DNA of 64,000 bases from an uncultured Solirubrobacterales bacterium (GCA_963799745.1 CAWCYH010000006.1:68047-132046); one strand, 5' to 3'. Shown: positions 25,858 to 35,160, counted from the stretch's first letter. Translations and numbers: made by a program. The notes: generated by a model not told the origin, from the sequence alone.

Positions 25858-26598
25858 TCAGGCGTCATCGGATGCCGGCGACGCCCGGCGGTTGACGATC
25901 AGATCGAACGCGTCGGCGACGTGCCACTCGTCGGAGAGCATCACCGCGCGGCCGCGCTGGTCATAGTCGACCTGGTCGATGTGCAGCAGCGGCGCGCCGC
26001 GTTTGACCATCAGCAGCTTCGCCAGCTTTGCGGTGGCGAGCGTGGGGGTCAGTTGCGCGCTGGCGCGCGCGACGGCGTGGCCGGCCTGCTCGAGGATCAG
26101 GTACAGGGAGCTGTCGACCGACTCGTCCGCGTAGTCGCCCAGGAGCGCCACCGGGATGCGGTCGCGCGAGTAGATGACCGGCCGCTTGCCGGCGAAACGG
26201 ACCCGCTCGACCTCGATCACCGACTCGCCGCCGGCCAGGTCGAGGAGCTCGCGCTCGTCCTCGACCGGAGCGCGCACGCCCTTGGTCACGATCGTCTCCG
26301 CCGGCTTGTGACCCGACTCGCGGATCATGCCCGTGTAGCTGACGGTCGTTTCGAGCGGATGGCGCGCGCGTGGCTTCGCTCTGACGTAGGTCCCCAACCC
26401 GTGTCGGCGAGTCAGATAACCGGCGTCTATCAGCCCGCGGACGGCTTCGCGGACGGTCGCGCGGGACACCGCGAAGCGCTCGGCCAAGTCAGTCTCGTTG
26501 GCGAGTTTGGCGCCGGCCTCGAGCTTCCCGGCGACGAGGTCCTCGAGGAGGCTCTCGCGAACCTGCTCCACCAGCGACGGACGTTTGCGTTGGTTCAT
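25858..26598 (-). CDS. GntR family regulator, HutC subfamily (UTRA effector domain)
   Basis: LANETDLAERFAVSRATVREAVRGLIDAGYLTRRHGLGTYV plus a UTRA-like C-terminal domain. Confidence 0.9.
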   Translation of the reverse strand: MNQRKRPSLVEQVRESLLEDLVAGKLEAGAKLANETDLAERFAVSRATVREAVRGLIDAGYLTRRHGLGTYVRAKPRARHPLETTVSYTGMIRESGHKPAETIVTKGVRAPVEDERELLDLAGGESVIEVERVRFAGKRPVIYSRDRIPVALLGDYADESVDSSLYLILEQAGHAVARASAQLTPTLATAKLAKLLMVKRGAPLLHIDQVDYDQRGRAVMLSDEWHVADAFDLIVNRRASPASDDA

Positions 26599-26736
26599 CG
26601 GCGATTACGCCCGTCAAGTGTCATGTCGTGCGCGCGGGCATCAAGGACTCGGTGCCCATGTTCACAGACAAGCCGACGGCCATGCGGCGCCAATTTGTAC
26701 CGCGGGCTCCGGCCGCACGGTTCCTACTGGCGCTCC

Positions 26737-26836
26737 GGCGGACCAGCCGGCGCGCAAGCGCCGGCGCGTTTCAGCCCGTTGGCGCGCAGGCGGACCAGCG
26801 GCGCCGCAGCGCCGGCGCGTTTCAGCCCGTTGGCGC
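26737..26836. repeat. 2 x ~52-bp tandem repeat overlapping the 3' end of the cyclase gene
   Basis: ggcggaccagc(c)ggcgc...gcgccggcgcgtttcagcccgttggcgc occurs at 26737 and 26789. The second copy supplies the last codons and the stop of 26822..27433. Confidence 0.8.
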
Positions 26837-27433
26837 AGGCTTGGCGATCACATCGAGCGCCAGCGGCCAAACCACGACCGGGTGCTGCACCCCGCGCAGG
26901 ACGAGCTCGCGCCGGGTGTTGAGCAGCCTCTCGAGGTCGCGGCGGGCGGCTGACCGCGTCGCGTAACTGATCAGCGCCTCGTTAGGTGCGGCCTCGCCCG
27001 CCAGGCGGGCAGCGAGGTTGACGGCGTTGCCGTACCAGTCCCCGCCGTCCATCACCGCCGGTCCGGTATGCGCGCCAACGCGCAGCGGCAGTAGATCTGG
27101 GCGCATGCCCACATCCTCGACGGCGCGCGCCGCTAGCGTCACCGCCTGCGAGGGGTCAGCGGCCCAGATCATCGCGCCGTCGCCCAACGACTTGACGTGC
27201 CACGCGCCATGCTCGCGGCTCAGAGCGGCCATCCTGCGCTGGAACTCGCGCGCGATGTGCGCGGCCACTTCGTCCCCGCATCTCTCGGTCAACGACGTGA
27301 AGCCGACGAGATCGGCGAACACAAACGTCGGTGCCGGGTGGCGAGCCATCCACCGCCGCCGCCGTGTCACGCGGATGCGCCGGAGCCCGACGATCGCCGC
27401 GCCCGCGATCAGCCCCAGGGTCACTTCGACCAT
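26822..27433 (-). CDS. Class III adenylate/guanylate cyclase catalytic domain with one N-terminal TM helix
   Basis: MVEVTLGLIAGAAIVGL (TM), then FVFADLVGFTSLTE, HVKSLGDGAMIWA, LRVGAHTGPAV and GNAVNLAARL. Confidence 0.85.
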   Translation of the reverse strand: MVEVTLGLIAGAAIVGLRRIRVTRRRRWMARHPAPTFVFADLVGFTSLTERCGDEVAAHIAREFQRRMAALSREHGAWHVKSLGDGAMIWAADPSQAVTLAARAVEDVGMRPDLLPLRVGAHTGPAVMDGGDWYGNAVNLAARLAGEAAPNEALISYATRSAARRDLERLLNTRRELVLRGVQHPVVVWPLALDVIAKPAPTG

Positions 27434-27455
27434 GGCGGGCTCTCGGCTCGGTTAT

Positions 27456-27471
27456 ACATCAGACGTCTGAC
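27456..27471. promoter_or_regulatory. Palindromic box ACATCAGACGTCTGA(C), copy 1 (candidate operator or 5'-UTR hairpin)
   Basis: Perfect 12-bp palindrome TCAGACGTCTGA at 27459-27470, 25 nt upstream of the cyclase ATG (minus strand) and ~145 nt upstream of the dapA-like ATG. The same 15-mer occurs at 46492-46506. Confidence 0.35.
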
Positions 27472-27614
27472 AACTAGCGGAAGCATAGGTCAAAGGACGT
27501 CGTGGATCGAGCGAACCTTCCCGCCCTGCACGGCGCCATGTTGGCGGCGGGCTCCCGCCGCCGTCGACCGGGAGCAAGAATGAACACCTCATCCCAACCA
27601 GACCGGGAGTAAAC

Positions 27615-28544
27615 ATGAGCTCACACCATCGCCTGGCCGAACTTCGGGGCGTGATCCCCGCGATCGTCACGCCGTTTGACGCAGCCGGCGAGGTAGACCA
27701 TGCCGCGCTGGAGACGGTGGCGGATCGGGTCATCGCGGGGGGCGTTCACGCGATCATGGCGGTTGGGGGCGCCGGCGAGTTCCCGCACCTCGACCCGGCT
27801 GAGCGACTCGCGGTCGTGCGCACCGTCGCCGGGACGGCCGGCGGCCAGGTGCCGGTGATCGCCGGCACCGCCGCCTGCGAGCTGGGCCAGACGCTGCGCC
27901 TCGCAGAACAGGCCGCCGAAGCGGGGGCGGACGCGATCATCTCCGTGCCGCCGTACTACTTCCCGTTACCGGACGCGGCCCTCGTGGACTACTTCACGCG
28001 GTTGGCGGAAGGCTCTCCGCTGCCGCTGTTCCTCTACAACAACCCGCTGTACACGGGCAACCCGCTGAGCCCCTCGCTGCTCGTGGAGTTGCTCGAGCAC
28101 CCAAACGTCATCGGCCTCAAGCAGAGCGAGGCCGACCTCGGCCAGCTGGTCGAGATCATCAATCAGGCGCGGGTCGCGCGTGACCTTCGCAAGGGCCTGT
28201 TCACCGGCATCGACACCCAGCTGACCGGAGCGCTGGCGAGTGGCGCCGACGGGATCTTCTCGACGGCAGCCGGCATCGTCCCGCAGCCGGTAGTCGAGCT
28301 GTTCGATGCCGCGGAACGCGGCGACTACGCGGATGCCCGCCGTCGCCAGTTGCGACTGCAGCCGCTGAACCGGTTCCTCGAGTACGACCCTGGCTACGTC
28401 GCTCCGGCCAAGGAGGCGCTGGCCATGATCGGACTCGAGGTCGGCCAACCGAGGCCTCCCCTGCCACGGTTGGACGATCGCCAGCGCTCCGATCTGCGCC
28501 AGGCGCTGCTCGCGCTCGACGCGATCGCGCCAATCAAGGCATGA
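27615..28544 (+). CDS. DapA/NanA family class I aldolase (dihydrodipicolinate synthase / N-acetylneuraminate lyase family)
   Basis: GVIPAIVTPFDAAGEVDHAALE, GVHAIMAVGGAGEFPHL, VPVIAGTA, PPYYF, LYNNP, GLKQS (Schiff-base Lys). Confidence 0.88.
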   Translation: MSSHHRLAELRGVIPAIVTPFDAAGEVDHAALETVADRVIAGGVHAIMAVGGAGEFPHLDPAERLAVVRTVAGTAGGQVPVIAGTAACELGQTLRLAEQAAEAGADAIISVPPYYFPLPDAALVDYFTRLAEGSPLPLFLYNNPLYTGNPLSPSLLVELLEHPNVIGLKQSEADLGQLVEIINQARVARDLRKGLFTGIDTQLTGALASGADGIFSTAAGIVPQPVVELFDAAERGDYADARRRQLRLQPLNRFLEYDPGYVAPAKEALAMIGLEVGQPRPPLPRLDDRQRSDLRQALLALDAIAPIKA

Positions 28545-28779
28545 GTACGTCGTCCCTCGATCGAGCATTCCCACCCCGCCGTTTGAGCCGCTCGGGCTGC
28601 GCTACTGTCCGCCGCGGGTTTCCGTGCTCCAATCCGCACCCGCCACGCGTCTGGTCAAGGCCCTGGGCCGGATCGACCGCTGGGTGAGCGCAGTCGGACG
28701 AAGCTGCTGCGCCGCGCGCTCGCAAGCGGCTTGGCGGGACCGCGTGCAGCGCGAGGACGCCGCGATGACCGACCGCGAC

Positions 28780-28833
28780 CGCCAGCCCGCTCACGCCCGC
28801 CAGCCCGCTCACGCCCGCCAGCCAGCTCCGACC
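28780..28833. repeat. 18-bp tandem repeat (2 perfect units plus 1 degenerate)
   Basis: cgccagcccgctcacgcc x2, then cgccagccagctccgacc. The core CCAGCCCGCTCAC is the reverse complement (1 mismatch) of the GTGAGCGGGTTGG core of the 53169-53293 repeats. Confidence 0.7.
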
Positions 28834-28903
28834 CGCCGGCCCGAGACGCTCGCCACACCTTCTCGACCGCCTGGCGACTGAGCACCGAGGACAGGACCTC
28901 GCG

Positions 28904-30205
28904 ATGGCGCCGACCCGACCGCTGGAGCTGTCCGCTCAGGAGCGTGACGCGCTCGAGCAACTCGGCCGTTTCCCCCTGCTCGAGGCGATCTTCGGGCGAC
29001 GCTCGCGGCGGTTTCCGATGGGCGGCGAGATCCCCGACGGCCCGCTTGCCTACCGCTCGAAACATCCCCACGTGCCGCTGTCCGAGCTCGAGACGCTGCT
29101 GATCCTGGCCGTGATGAGCGGCACCACCGGCTGGCACTTCGGCATCACCCGGCACGCCCGCTACGCACCTGCGCTCGCGAACTACAACGGTGCCGCCGCT
29201 GGCCGCACGATCCCCTCGGCCGCGGGATTCCACACCTCGGAGCTGTTCTACACCGATGACTCGGGGCTGTACTTCCTACCCACCCGGGACGCCGGCGCGC
29301 TGGTCGATCCGGCCACCGAGGAGGTGACCGCGGAGCTGATGCTCGAGCGCCACCGCGACCGGGTGGTGAAGCTCTCGGACTCCCGGCTGCACCTTCCCCG
29401 CCGCGAGCCCTACCTCGAGGGACACAACACGTGGATCGCGAACGAGCCCGGCTCGCTGCTCGCGATCCCGATCGCCGACATCGCTCAGCACCACATCGCG
29501 AACATCTGCTTCTTCACCCAGAACGGCTACTGCCTCTACGACGACATCAACCAGCGGAAGATCCCGGGCCTCGAGGAGTTCTCGGACCTGGTCGACACCG
29601 GCGAGCCGATCCCCTTGTCGTTCGTCGAGCAGTACTCGTTGACCGAGGCCACGGCGGAGCTGATGACCTCGAGCTACAACGGCGCGCTGCTGCTCCAGGC
29701 GATGGGCCTGGGCGGCTGGTCGTTCGACGGCATCGAGCACATGGCGCTGCTCGGGGCCTCCGGCGACCCGGACGTGCCCGGCCTGGGCTTTCGATACGAC
29801 ACCGATGCGCGGTGGGGTACGCCCAACCCGACGGGGCGCACCGACGGGACCTTCCATGCCTTCTGCCCGCCGCACTTCCCGACCATCGCCGACGCCGTGG
29901 AGGCGTTCTGCGAGCGCAAGTTCGGGCCGGGCGGCCCCTATCACCCCGGCACGCCGGGGGCCTGGCGGGAGTCGAGCGCGATCCGCGCCGCCGCGCAGCG
30001 CCATGACGGGCACTTCAAGGCGTGTGTCAGCCGCCAGTGCCAGTACACGCTCGACACGTGGGGGAAGTTCCCCGGCACCGTGCCGAGCGTGTGGGTCATG
30101 AACTTCCTACAGGCGCAGCACCTCGAGCTCGAGTTCTATGACCACTACTTCCGGCCCGGCGCCTACCTGAGGACTCACCAGCATCACATGGAGGTCTGGC
30201 ACTAG
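28904..30205 (+). CDS. Uncharacterised 433-aa protein with a nitroreductase-superfamily-like N-terminal signature
   Basis: LLEAIFGRRSRRFPMGG resembles the (A/I)xxRRSxRxF opening of nitroreductase/SagB-like folds. The rest is globular, GC3-rich and rich in His/Trp/Cys (HAFCPPHFP, ACVSRQCQYTLDTWGKFPG). No further family recognised. Confidence 0.7.
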   Translation: MAPTRPLELSAQERDALEQLGRFPLLEAIFGRRSRRFPMGGEIPDGPLAYRSKHPHVPLSELETLLILAVMSGTTGWHFGITRHARYAPALANYNGAAAGRTIPSAAGFHTSELFYTDDSGLYFLPTRDAGALVDPATEEVTAELMLERHRDRVVKLSDSRLHLPRREPYLEGHNTWIANEPGSLLAIPIADIAQHHIANICFFTQNGYCLYDDINQRKIPGLEEFSDLVDTGEPIPLSFVEQYSLTEATAELMTSSYNGALLLQAMGLGGWSFDGIEHMALLGASGDPDVPGLGFRYDTDARWGTPNPTGRTDGTFHAFCPPHFPTIADAVEAFCERKFGPGGPYHPGTPGAWRESSAIRAAAQRHDGHFKACVSRQCQYTLDTWGKFPGTVPSVWVMNFLQAQHLELEFYDHYFRPGAYLRTHQHHMEVWH

Positions 30206-30363
30206 GCTCGCCACCGATCGGGTGAGGTAGAGAGGGCGCGCTGGCGCGCGCCCCGGGGTGTCGCCGCCGGCGCACTCCGCGCGCCCCGATGCTGCCGCGA
30301 CCCGCGCACTCGCGGGCGCGCACCCGCAGGGCGCGCCCTCCTAATCAACTTCAGACGCCTCCG

Positions 30364-31947
30364 TCACACCTGATCCAGTCCCTGGTTGATCATCCGGCCC
30401 ACCGTCTCGTACTTGGCCCGGTCGTTGCGCTTCAGGTAGAACGCGAAGCCGAGCCCACCCAGGAAGATCAACAGGTCTCCCCAGACCAGCCACTTGGCGT
30501 AGCTGTAGCCGGAGCCCAGGAAGTGCAGGTTCTTGATCGCCAGATAGAGCACGAACGCCTGGCCGACGGCCGACAGCAGCGGAGCGGTGATCGTGGTCCA
30601 CCAGTGGTGATCGACCGCGTGATGAGTGCGGAAGTAGTTGAAGATCGCCACCGATACGAGCGCCTGGATGGCGAGGATCGAGACGACCCCCATCACCGCC
30701 ATCAACCCGTACACCTGGAGGTACCCGACCGAATCCGACGCGCCCAACTTCGGGTCGACAGCCGCGAACAGCACGAACGCGAGCAGGATCAGCGCCGCGA
30801 TCACCGACTGCGTCGTGGACGCGATGTGGGCGCTGTGGTACCTGGCATGGGTGCGCCCCAGCGCTCGCGGCAGCAGACGCTCGCGGCCGAGCGCGTACAT
30901 GTAGCGGGCGGTCGTGTTGTGGAACGCCATCCCGCAGGCGAACGAGCCCGTGATGATGAACCAGCTCAGGGCGCCCTTCAGGAACGCGCCTGCGTAGTGC
31001 TGGGCGGGGATGAAGTAGAAGTTGGCGGAGTTGTTCTGGGCCACGTTCGCGGCCTCGTTGATCGAGTGATAGCCGGTGATCCCGGCCCACGAGGTCACGG
31101 TGTAGAAGATCCCCAGGCCGATGACCGAGATGTACAGCGCGCGCGGGACATTCTTCTTCGGATTTCTTGATTCCTCGCCGTAGTTGGGCGCCATCTCCCA
31201 GCCCACCCAGGACCAGAACGCGAAGAAGATGCCGATCCCCGCGGCTCCGGCGGCAAGCGCGGTTGCCCCGGAGTGGCCGGCCGGCAGCCCCTTGAACGCA
31301 TTCACCGGGTTGATCGCGTTGAAATTGACGTTGCTGCTGGCCTTGGTGAACATGAAGCCGTCAAACACGATCAGCGTGATCACCTCGCACAGCAGAGCGA
31401 TGCCGAGCAGACGAGCTGAGATCCGGACATCGAAGTAGGCGAGGATCGCGATCAGCGCGATCATGAAGAACCCCATCCAGTACCACTGGATGTGCCAGCC
31501 GTAATGGGCTGCCTTCAGCTGCGCGAAGTAGGCGAACCCCCCTACGAGCGAGACCTCGAACACGCTGTAGGCGACGACCATCGCGAACCCGCTCGCCATC
31601 CCGAGCTCGCGGTTCAGCCCGTGGCTGATGAAGCTGTAGAAGCCCCCCGCGGTCGTGACCTTGCGCGCCATCGCGACGTAGCCCACCCCGAACACCGCCA
31701 GCACCACCGCCGCGAAGATGAACCCGGCCGGCGTGCCGATGCCGTTCCCGAACCCGACCGAGATCGGGGTGTTGAACAGCATCGCCGAAATCGGCGCCGA
31801 CCCCGTGACGGTCAGGAACAACACGCCGACCAGCCCGACGGCTGCCGGCCTCAACTTGTGGACATCGGCGCGCTGCGAGACGTCCACACTCTCGACCACG
31901 GGGAGCATCCCCTCGTGATGCGCCTCAACTCCACCGGTTGTACTCAC
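30364..31947 (-). CDS. APC superfamily amino-acid/polyamine permease
   Basis: 527 aa with ~12-13 TMS. GLVGVLFLTVTGSAPISAMLFN, GGFYSFISHGL and FFAFWSWVGWEMAPNYGEESRNPKKNVPRALY are APC signature regions. Confidence 0.9.
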   Translation of the reverse strand: MSTTGGVEAHHEGMLPVVESVDVSQRADVHKLRPAAVGLVGVLFLTVTGSAPISAMLFNTPISVGFGNGIGTPAGFIFAAVVLAVFGVGYVAMARKVTTAGGFYSFISHGLNRELGMASGFAMVVAYSVFEVSLVGGFAYFAQLKAAHYGWHIQWYWMGFFMIALIAILAYFDVRISARLLGIALLCEVITLIVFDGFMFTKASSNVNFNAINPVNAFKGLPAGHSGATALAAGAAGIGIFFAFWSWVGWEMAPNYGEESRNPKKNVPRALYISVIGLGIFYTVTSWAGITGYHSINEAANVAQNNSANFYFIPAQHYAGAFLKGALSWFIITGSFACGMAFHNTTARYMYALGRERLLPRALGRTHARYHSAHIASTTQSVIAALILLAFVLFAAVDPKLGASDSVGYLQVYGLMAVMGVVSILAIQALVSVAIFNYFRTHHAVDHHWWTTITAPLLSAVGQAFVLYLAIKNLHFLGSGYSYAKWLVWGDLLIFLGGLGFAFYLKRNDRAKYETVGRMINQGLDQV

Positions 31948-31992
31948 TTCATGTCTCCTCGGTCTTTGGGCTGGGCTCGTGCTGAAGCGGAG

Positions 31993-32457
31993 CTACACGC
32001 TCGGGGCGACCTCTCGCCGTTCGGCTGGCGGCTCGGCTTGCGTCTGGCCGAGGGTCTCCACGAGCAACCTTGCGACTGCTGCGTTCCATTCGGCCTGCCT
32101 GAGACGGACCCGATCAGGCAGGAGCGCACGCGGCTCGATGTCCGCGTAGGCCGACCGCGCCAGTCGGTCAAAGGACTCAATCGCCCTGATGACGATGCCG
32201 TAGTCGTGAGCGCCGACGAAGTTGCCAATCCAGTCGCCGGGGCGTCCCTTGTCCGCGAACACTCCTTCCCGGACTCCTTCCCAGTAAGCGTGCTGGAACA
32301 GACACCCGGTGATGCCGCGCTTGGTCCAGCAGCCTGCCGCCACGCCGTGCTCGCCGCGCTCGATTCCGCGCAGCCCCAACTGGAGCAGCCGGCGGCCCTG
32401 CGCGGAGGTGGCCAGGGTTGCGAGATCCTCACGTAGGCGGCGCTCGTCTGCAGTCAT
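31993..32457 (-). CDS. Hypothetical protein (154 aa), in an operon with the TIM-barrel and permease genes
   Basis: GC3-rich ORF in a tight same-strand array (gaps of 49 and 45 bp). Contains GCWTKRGITGCLFQHAYWEG. No family recognised. Confidence 0.6.
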   Translation of the reverse strand: MTADERRLREDLATLATSAQGRRLLQLGLRGIERGEHGVAAGCWTKRGITGCLFQHAYWEGVREGVFADKGRPGDWIGNFVGAHDYGIVIRAIESFDRLARSAYADIEPRALLPDRVRLRQAEWNAAVARLLVETLGQTQAEPPAERREVAPSV

Positions 32458-32506
32458 TGCTCACCTCTGGTTTCGTTTCGAACCGGGCTCGGCTCCTGCG
32501 GGAAAC

Positions 32507-33181
32507 TCACGTTCTCACCTCGCTCGCGGCGTCCAGGACGTAGTGCAGCTGTTCCTCCAACGCCGCGCCGGGCACGAGCTGTCGATCCAGCGCGGCGGTG
32601 CCGATCGTGAACGCCCACACGCCGCGATCGGCCAGCGCACGGATCCGCGCCGCCGAGTCAACCGACCCGGCGGCGATCACGGGCAGCGACGTCGCCTCCA
32701 CGACTGCCTCGACCAGCGCGTCGACGTCGCCGTCGTAGCGGTAGGCGAGCAGGTTGATGCCGTCCACGCCGAGCGTCTCAGCGTGGCGGGCGGCCGCGGC
32801 GATCTCCGCGATCGTTCCCCGCAGCAGGCAAGGATGACCGATCACCTTTCCCACATAGGGAAAGAAGCGCACCCCGGTCCCGGCGATGATCTCCTGCATG
32901 GGCTCGATCAGGGTGCCGCCGATCAGGGAGTCGGGGCGCACCGCGGCGGCGACCCGCGCCGATTCGAGCGCCGCCTCCTCGGTCTCCGAGACGACCTCGA
33001 GGTAGCTCACGTGCCCGTTGGCACGGATGTCCTCGATCAGGCGCGCCAGCTCGTTGCGTGCGAGCCCGAGATCCTTGCACCCCACGTGGTGGATCCCGGT
33101 TTGGGCGACCGACTCGTAAACCTTCCTGGCATCGGCGATGGTTCGGTCCTCGCGAGTCAACATGAAGATGAATTCGGCCAC
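32507..33181 (-). CDS. TIM-barrel protein, NanE-like (putative N-acylhexosamine-6-phosphate epimerase-like) or related
   Basis: C-terminal pattern GVDGINLLAYRYDGDVDALVEAVVEATSLPVIAAGSVDSAARIRALADRGVWAFTIGTAALD parallels NanE (GADxxGTTLSGYT, VIAEGR, GAxAVxVGSAIT). The assignment is tentative. Confidence 0.6.
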   Translation of the reverse strand: MAEFIFMLTREDRTIADARKVYESVAQTGIHHVGCKDLGLARNELARLIEDIRANGHVSYLEVVSETEEAALESARVAAAVRPDSLIGGTLIEPMQEIIAGTGVRFFPYVGKVIGHPCLLRGTIAEIAAAARHAETLGVDGINLLAYRYDGDVDALVEAVVEATSLPVIAAGSVDSAARIRALADRGVWAFTIGTAALDRQLVPGAALEEQLHYVLDAASEVRT

Positions 33182-33190
33182 CCAAACCCC

Positions 33191-33207
33191 AAGTTGTCCG
33201 ACAATTT
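33191..33207. promoter_or_regulatory. Candidate GntR-family operator in a divergent promoter region
   Basis: AAGTTGTC-C-GACAATTT is a near-perfect 17-bp palindrome with a GT..AC core. It lies in the AT-richer 80-bp spacer between 32507..33181 (-) and 33262..34320 (+). Confidence 0.35.
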
Positions 33208-33261
33208 GGCTATCTTAGCGTCTGGCGCGACGGACGCAACAGGATTTTGAGGAGAGACACA

Positions 33262-34320
33262 ATGCGGGCGGCGATCTGGGATGGGCCGGGGGAGATGACG
33301 GTCGCCGAGGTGCCCGACGCGACCTGCCCGGCCGACGGCGTGCTCTTGCGCGTGACCGCCTGCGGCATCTGTGGTACCGACGTACGCGCGTTCTTCAACG
33401 GCGACCGCCGGATCTCGCCCCCCTGGGTGCTGGGCCACGAGATCAGCGGCGAGCTGATCGCGATCGGCGCCGAGGCGGCGGGCGAGATGGCCCAGGCGGG
33501 GATCGAAGGTGGCGAACACGTGCACTGCATCTCGACCCTCTGGTGCGGGCGCTGCCGCATGTGCCGGAGCGGTAACGAGCACCTGTGCGTCCGGGGTGAG
33601 CTGATGGGCTTCGACTACCAGGGCGCCTATACCGAGCTGGTCGCGATCCCCGAGATCGCGCTCAAGAACCTGTTTCTGATCCCCGATGGGCTGTCCGACG
33701 AGGAGGCGACGTTCGCCGATCCGTTGTCGGACGCAATCTGCGGGCACAAGGACCTCGCGGTCGGGCTCGACGAGACCGTGGTGGTGATCGGCGCGGGACC
33801 GGTCGGGACCGCGCACGCGGCGATCTCGCGCTTGGAGGGAGCGGGCCAGGTGCTGCTGCTCGAATTTGCGAGCGACCGGCTCGAGCTGGCCCGCGAGATC
33901 CTCGGCGACGAGCGGATGAGCTACGTCGACGTGTCGAACGCGGATGGCGTCGGCGCCGTCCGCGCGGCCACCGAGCAGATCGGCGCCGACGCCGTGATCG
34001 TGGCCTGCTCGAGCAGCGAGGCGCAGGAACAGGCAATGGAAATGGCGGCACCGCGCGGCCGCGTGCTGTTCTTCGGCGGCCTGCCCAAAGGAACCACCCA
34101 CATCCGCTTCCCTTCCAACGTGCTGCATTACCAGGAGGTCCAGGTGCTCGGTTCCTATGCCTCGCGCCACCGAGACCAGGTGCACGCGCTCGACATGCTC
34201 GCCGGCGACGTCGGCGGCCTGCGACGGGTCATCTCCGACGTGGTCGACCTCGATGGGGCGCCGGAGGCATTCGCGCGCATCAGGTCAGGCGGCGTGCTGA
34301 AGATCGTCGTGAGGCCTTGA
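33262..34320 (+). CDS. Zinc-dependent medium-chain alcohol/polyol dehydrogenase (MDR family)
   Basis: GGAGAG lies before ATG 33262. Contains ACGICGTDVRAF, GHEISGE, structural-Zn Cys cluster CGRCRMCRSGNEHLC and Rossmann VVVIGAGPVG. Confidence 0.9.
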   Translation: MRAAIWDGPGEMTVAEVPDATCPADGVLLRVTACGICGTDVRAFFNGDRRISPPWVLGHEISGELIAIGAEAAGEMAQAGIEGGEHVHCISTLWCGRCRMCRSGNEHLCVRGELMGFDYQGAYTELVAIPEIALKNLFLIPDGLSDEEATFADPLSDAICGHKDLAVGLDETVVVIGAGPVGTAHAAISRLEGAGQVLLLEFASDRLELAREILGDERMSYVDVSNADGVGAVRAATEQIGADAVIVACSSSEAQEQAMEMAAPRGRVLFFGGLPKGTTHIRFPSNVLHYQEVQVLGSYASRHRDQVHALDMLAGDVGGLRRVISDVVDLDGAPEAFARIRSGGVLKIVVRP

Positions 34321-35129
34321 CCCGGTCATCGCGCGGCGAGTGGCCGGCCGTGCGCAGAGCACGCCGAGGCTCGATTGGGCGCTCCTCCCGCCAGTCGCTG
34401 CGCCATCTGATCGCCGAGAGCCTTCGTGCCCGGGTCCTGGCCGGTGAGCTCCGAGCCGGGGCGCGGCTCCCGAGCGAACCCGACCTGGCCCGGAGCCTCG
34501 GCGTCTCGCGTAGTTCGCTGCGCTCCGCGATTGCGCTGCTCGAGGAGGAGGGTCTGCTGCTACGCCGGCAAGGTTCGGGTACCTACGTCACCCACAAGCC
34601 GCTCCTGCGCAACGACCTCGGCCGCAACTTCGGCGTCTCGGAGATGATCGCCGCCACCGGGCTCGAACCGGGGACGCTGCTCGCGCGCTCGGCCAGCGAG
34701 CCGGCACCGGCTGAGGTGGCAGCGGCGTTCGGGATCGCGGCCGAGTCGGCGCTCAGCGTGCTGCGCCGCGTGAGGACGGCGGCCGGGAGGCGGGTGGTGG
34801 ACACGACCGACTGGTGCGGCGTCGAGGTGCTCGACCCGGACGCGCTGTTGGAACTTCCCGGTGGGTCGCTCTACGTCGCGCTGGCGGAGCTTGGCCTCTC
34901 GGTCCATCACGGGGTGGCCTCGATGTACCCGGCGTTCGCGATTGGCGACACCGCCAAGCGTCTGAAGGTCCCGGAGGGCACGCCGCTGCTGACCCTCTTC
35001 CAGGTCGACAGCACGGTCGACGGCGTGGTCGTGCTCGTGTCTCGCGAGCATCACCTCGCCGATGCGTTCGAGTTCAGCGTGTACCGGCGCGGGCCTGGCG
35101 AGGGCGGCGAGAACCCAGGAGCCGGATGA
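34317..35129 (+). CDS. GntR family regulator, HutC subfamily (UTRA domain)
   Basis: LPSEPDLARSLGVSRSSLRSAIALLEEEGLLLRRQGSGTYV plus a UTRA-like C-terminus. The TTG start overlaps the ADH stop (TTGA); the start is uncertain. Confidence 0.85.
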   Translation: MTRSSRGEWPAVRRARRGSIGRSSRQSLRHLIAESLRARVLAGELRAGARLPSEPDLARSLGVSRSSLRSAIALLEEEGLLLRRQGSGTYVTHKPLLRNDLGRNFGVSEMIAATGLEPGTLLARSASEPAPAEVAAAFGIAAESALSVLRRVRTAAGRRVVDTTDWCGVEVLDPDALLELPGGSLYVALAELGLSVHHGVASMYPAFAIGDTAKRLKVPEGTPLLTLFQVDSTVDGVVVLVSREHHLADAFEFSVYRRGPGEGGENPGAG

Positions 35130-35160
35130 CGCACGCGGCCTCCATCGAGCCGAGACCGGC

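Noticed and set aside
30232-30345. GC-only palindromes (GGGCGCGC-TGGC-GCGCGCCC and AGGGCGCGCCCT) between the convergent nitroreductase-like and permease genes.
   Set aside because: They are probably ordinary terminator-type hairpins in a convergent gap. They are pure-GC palindromes expected by composition and have no repeat copies elsewhere in the window.
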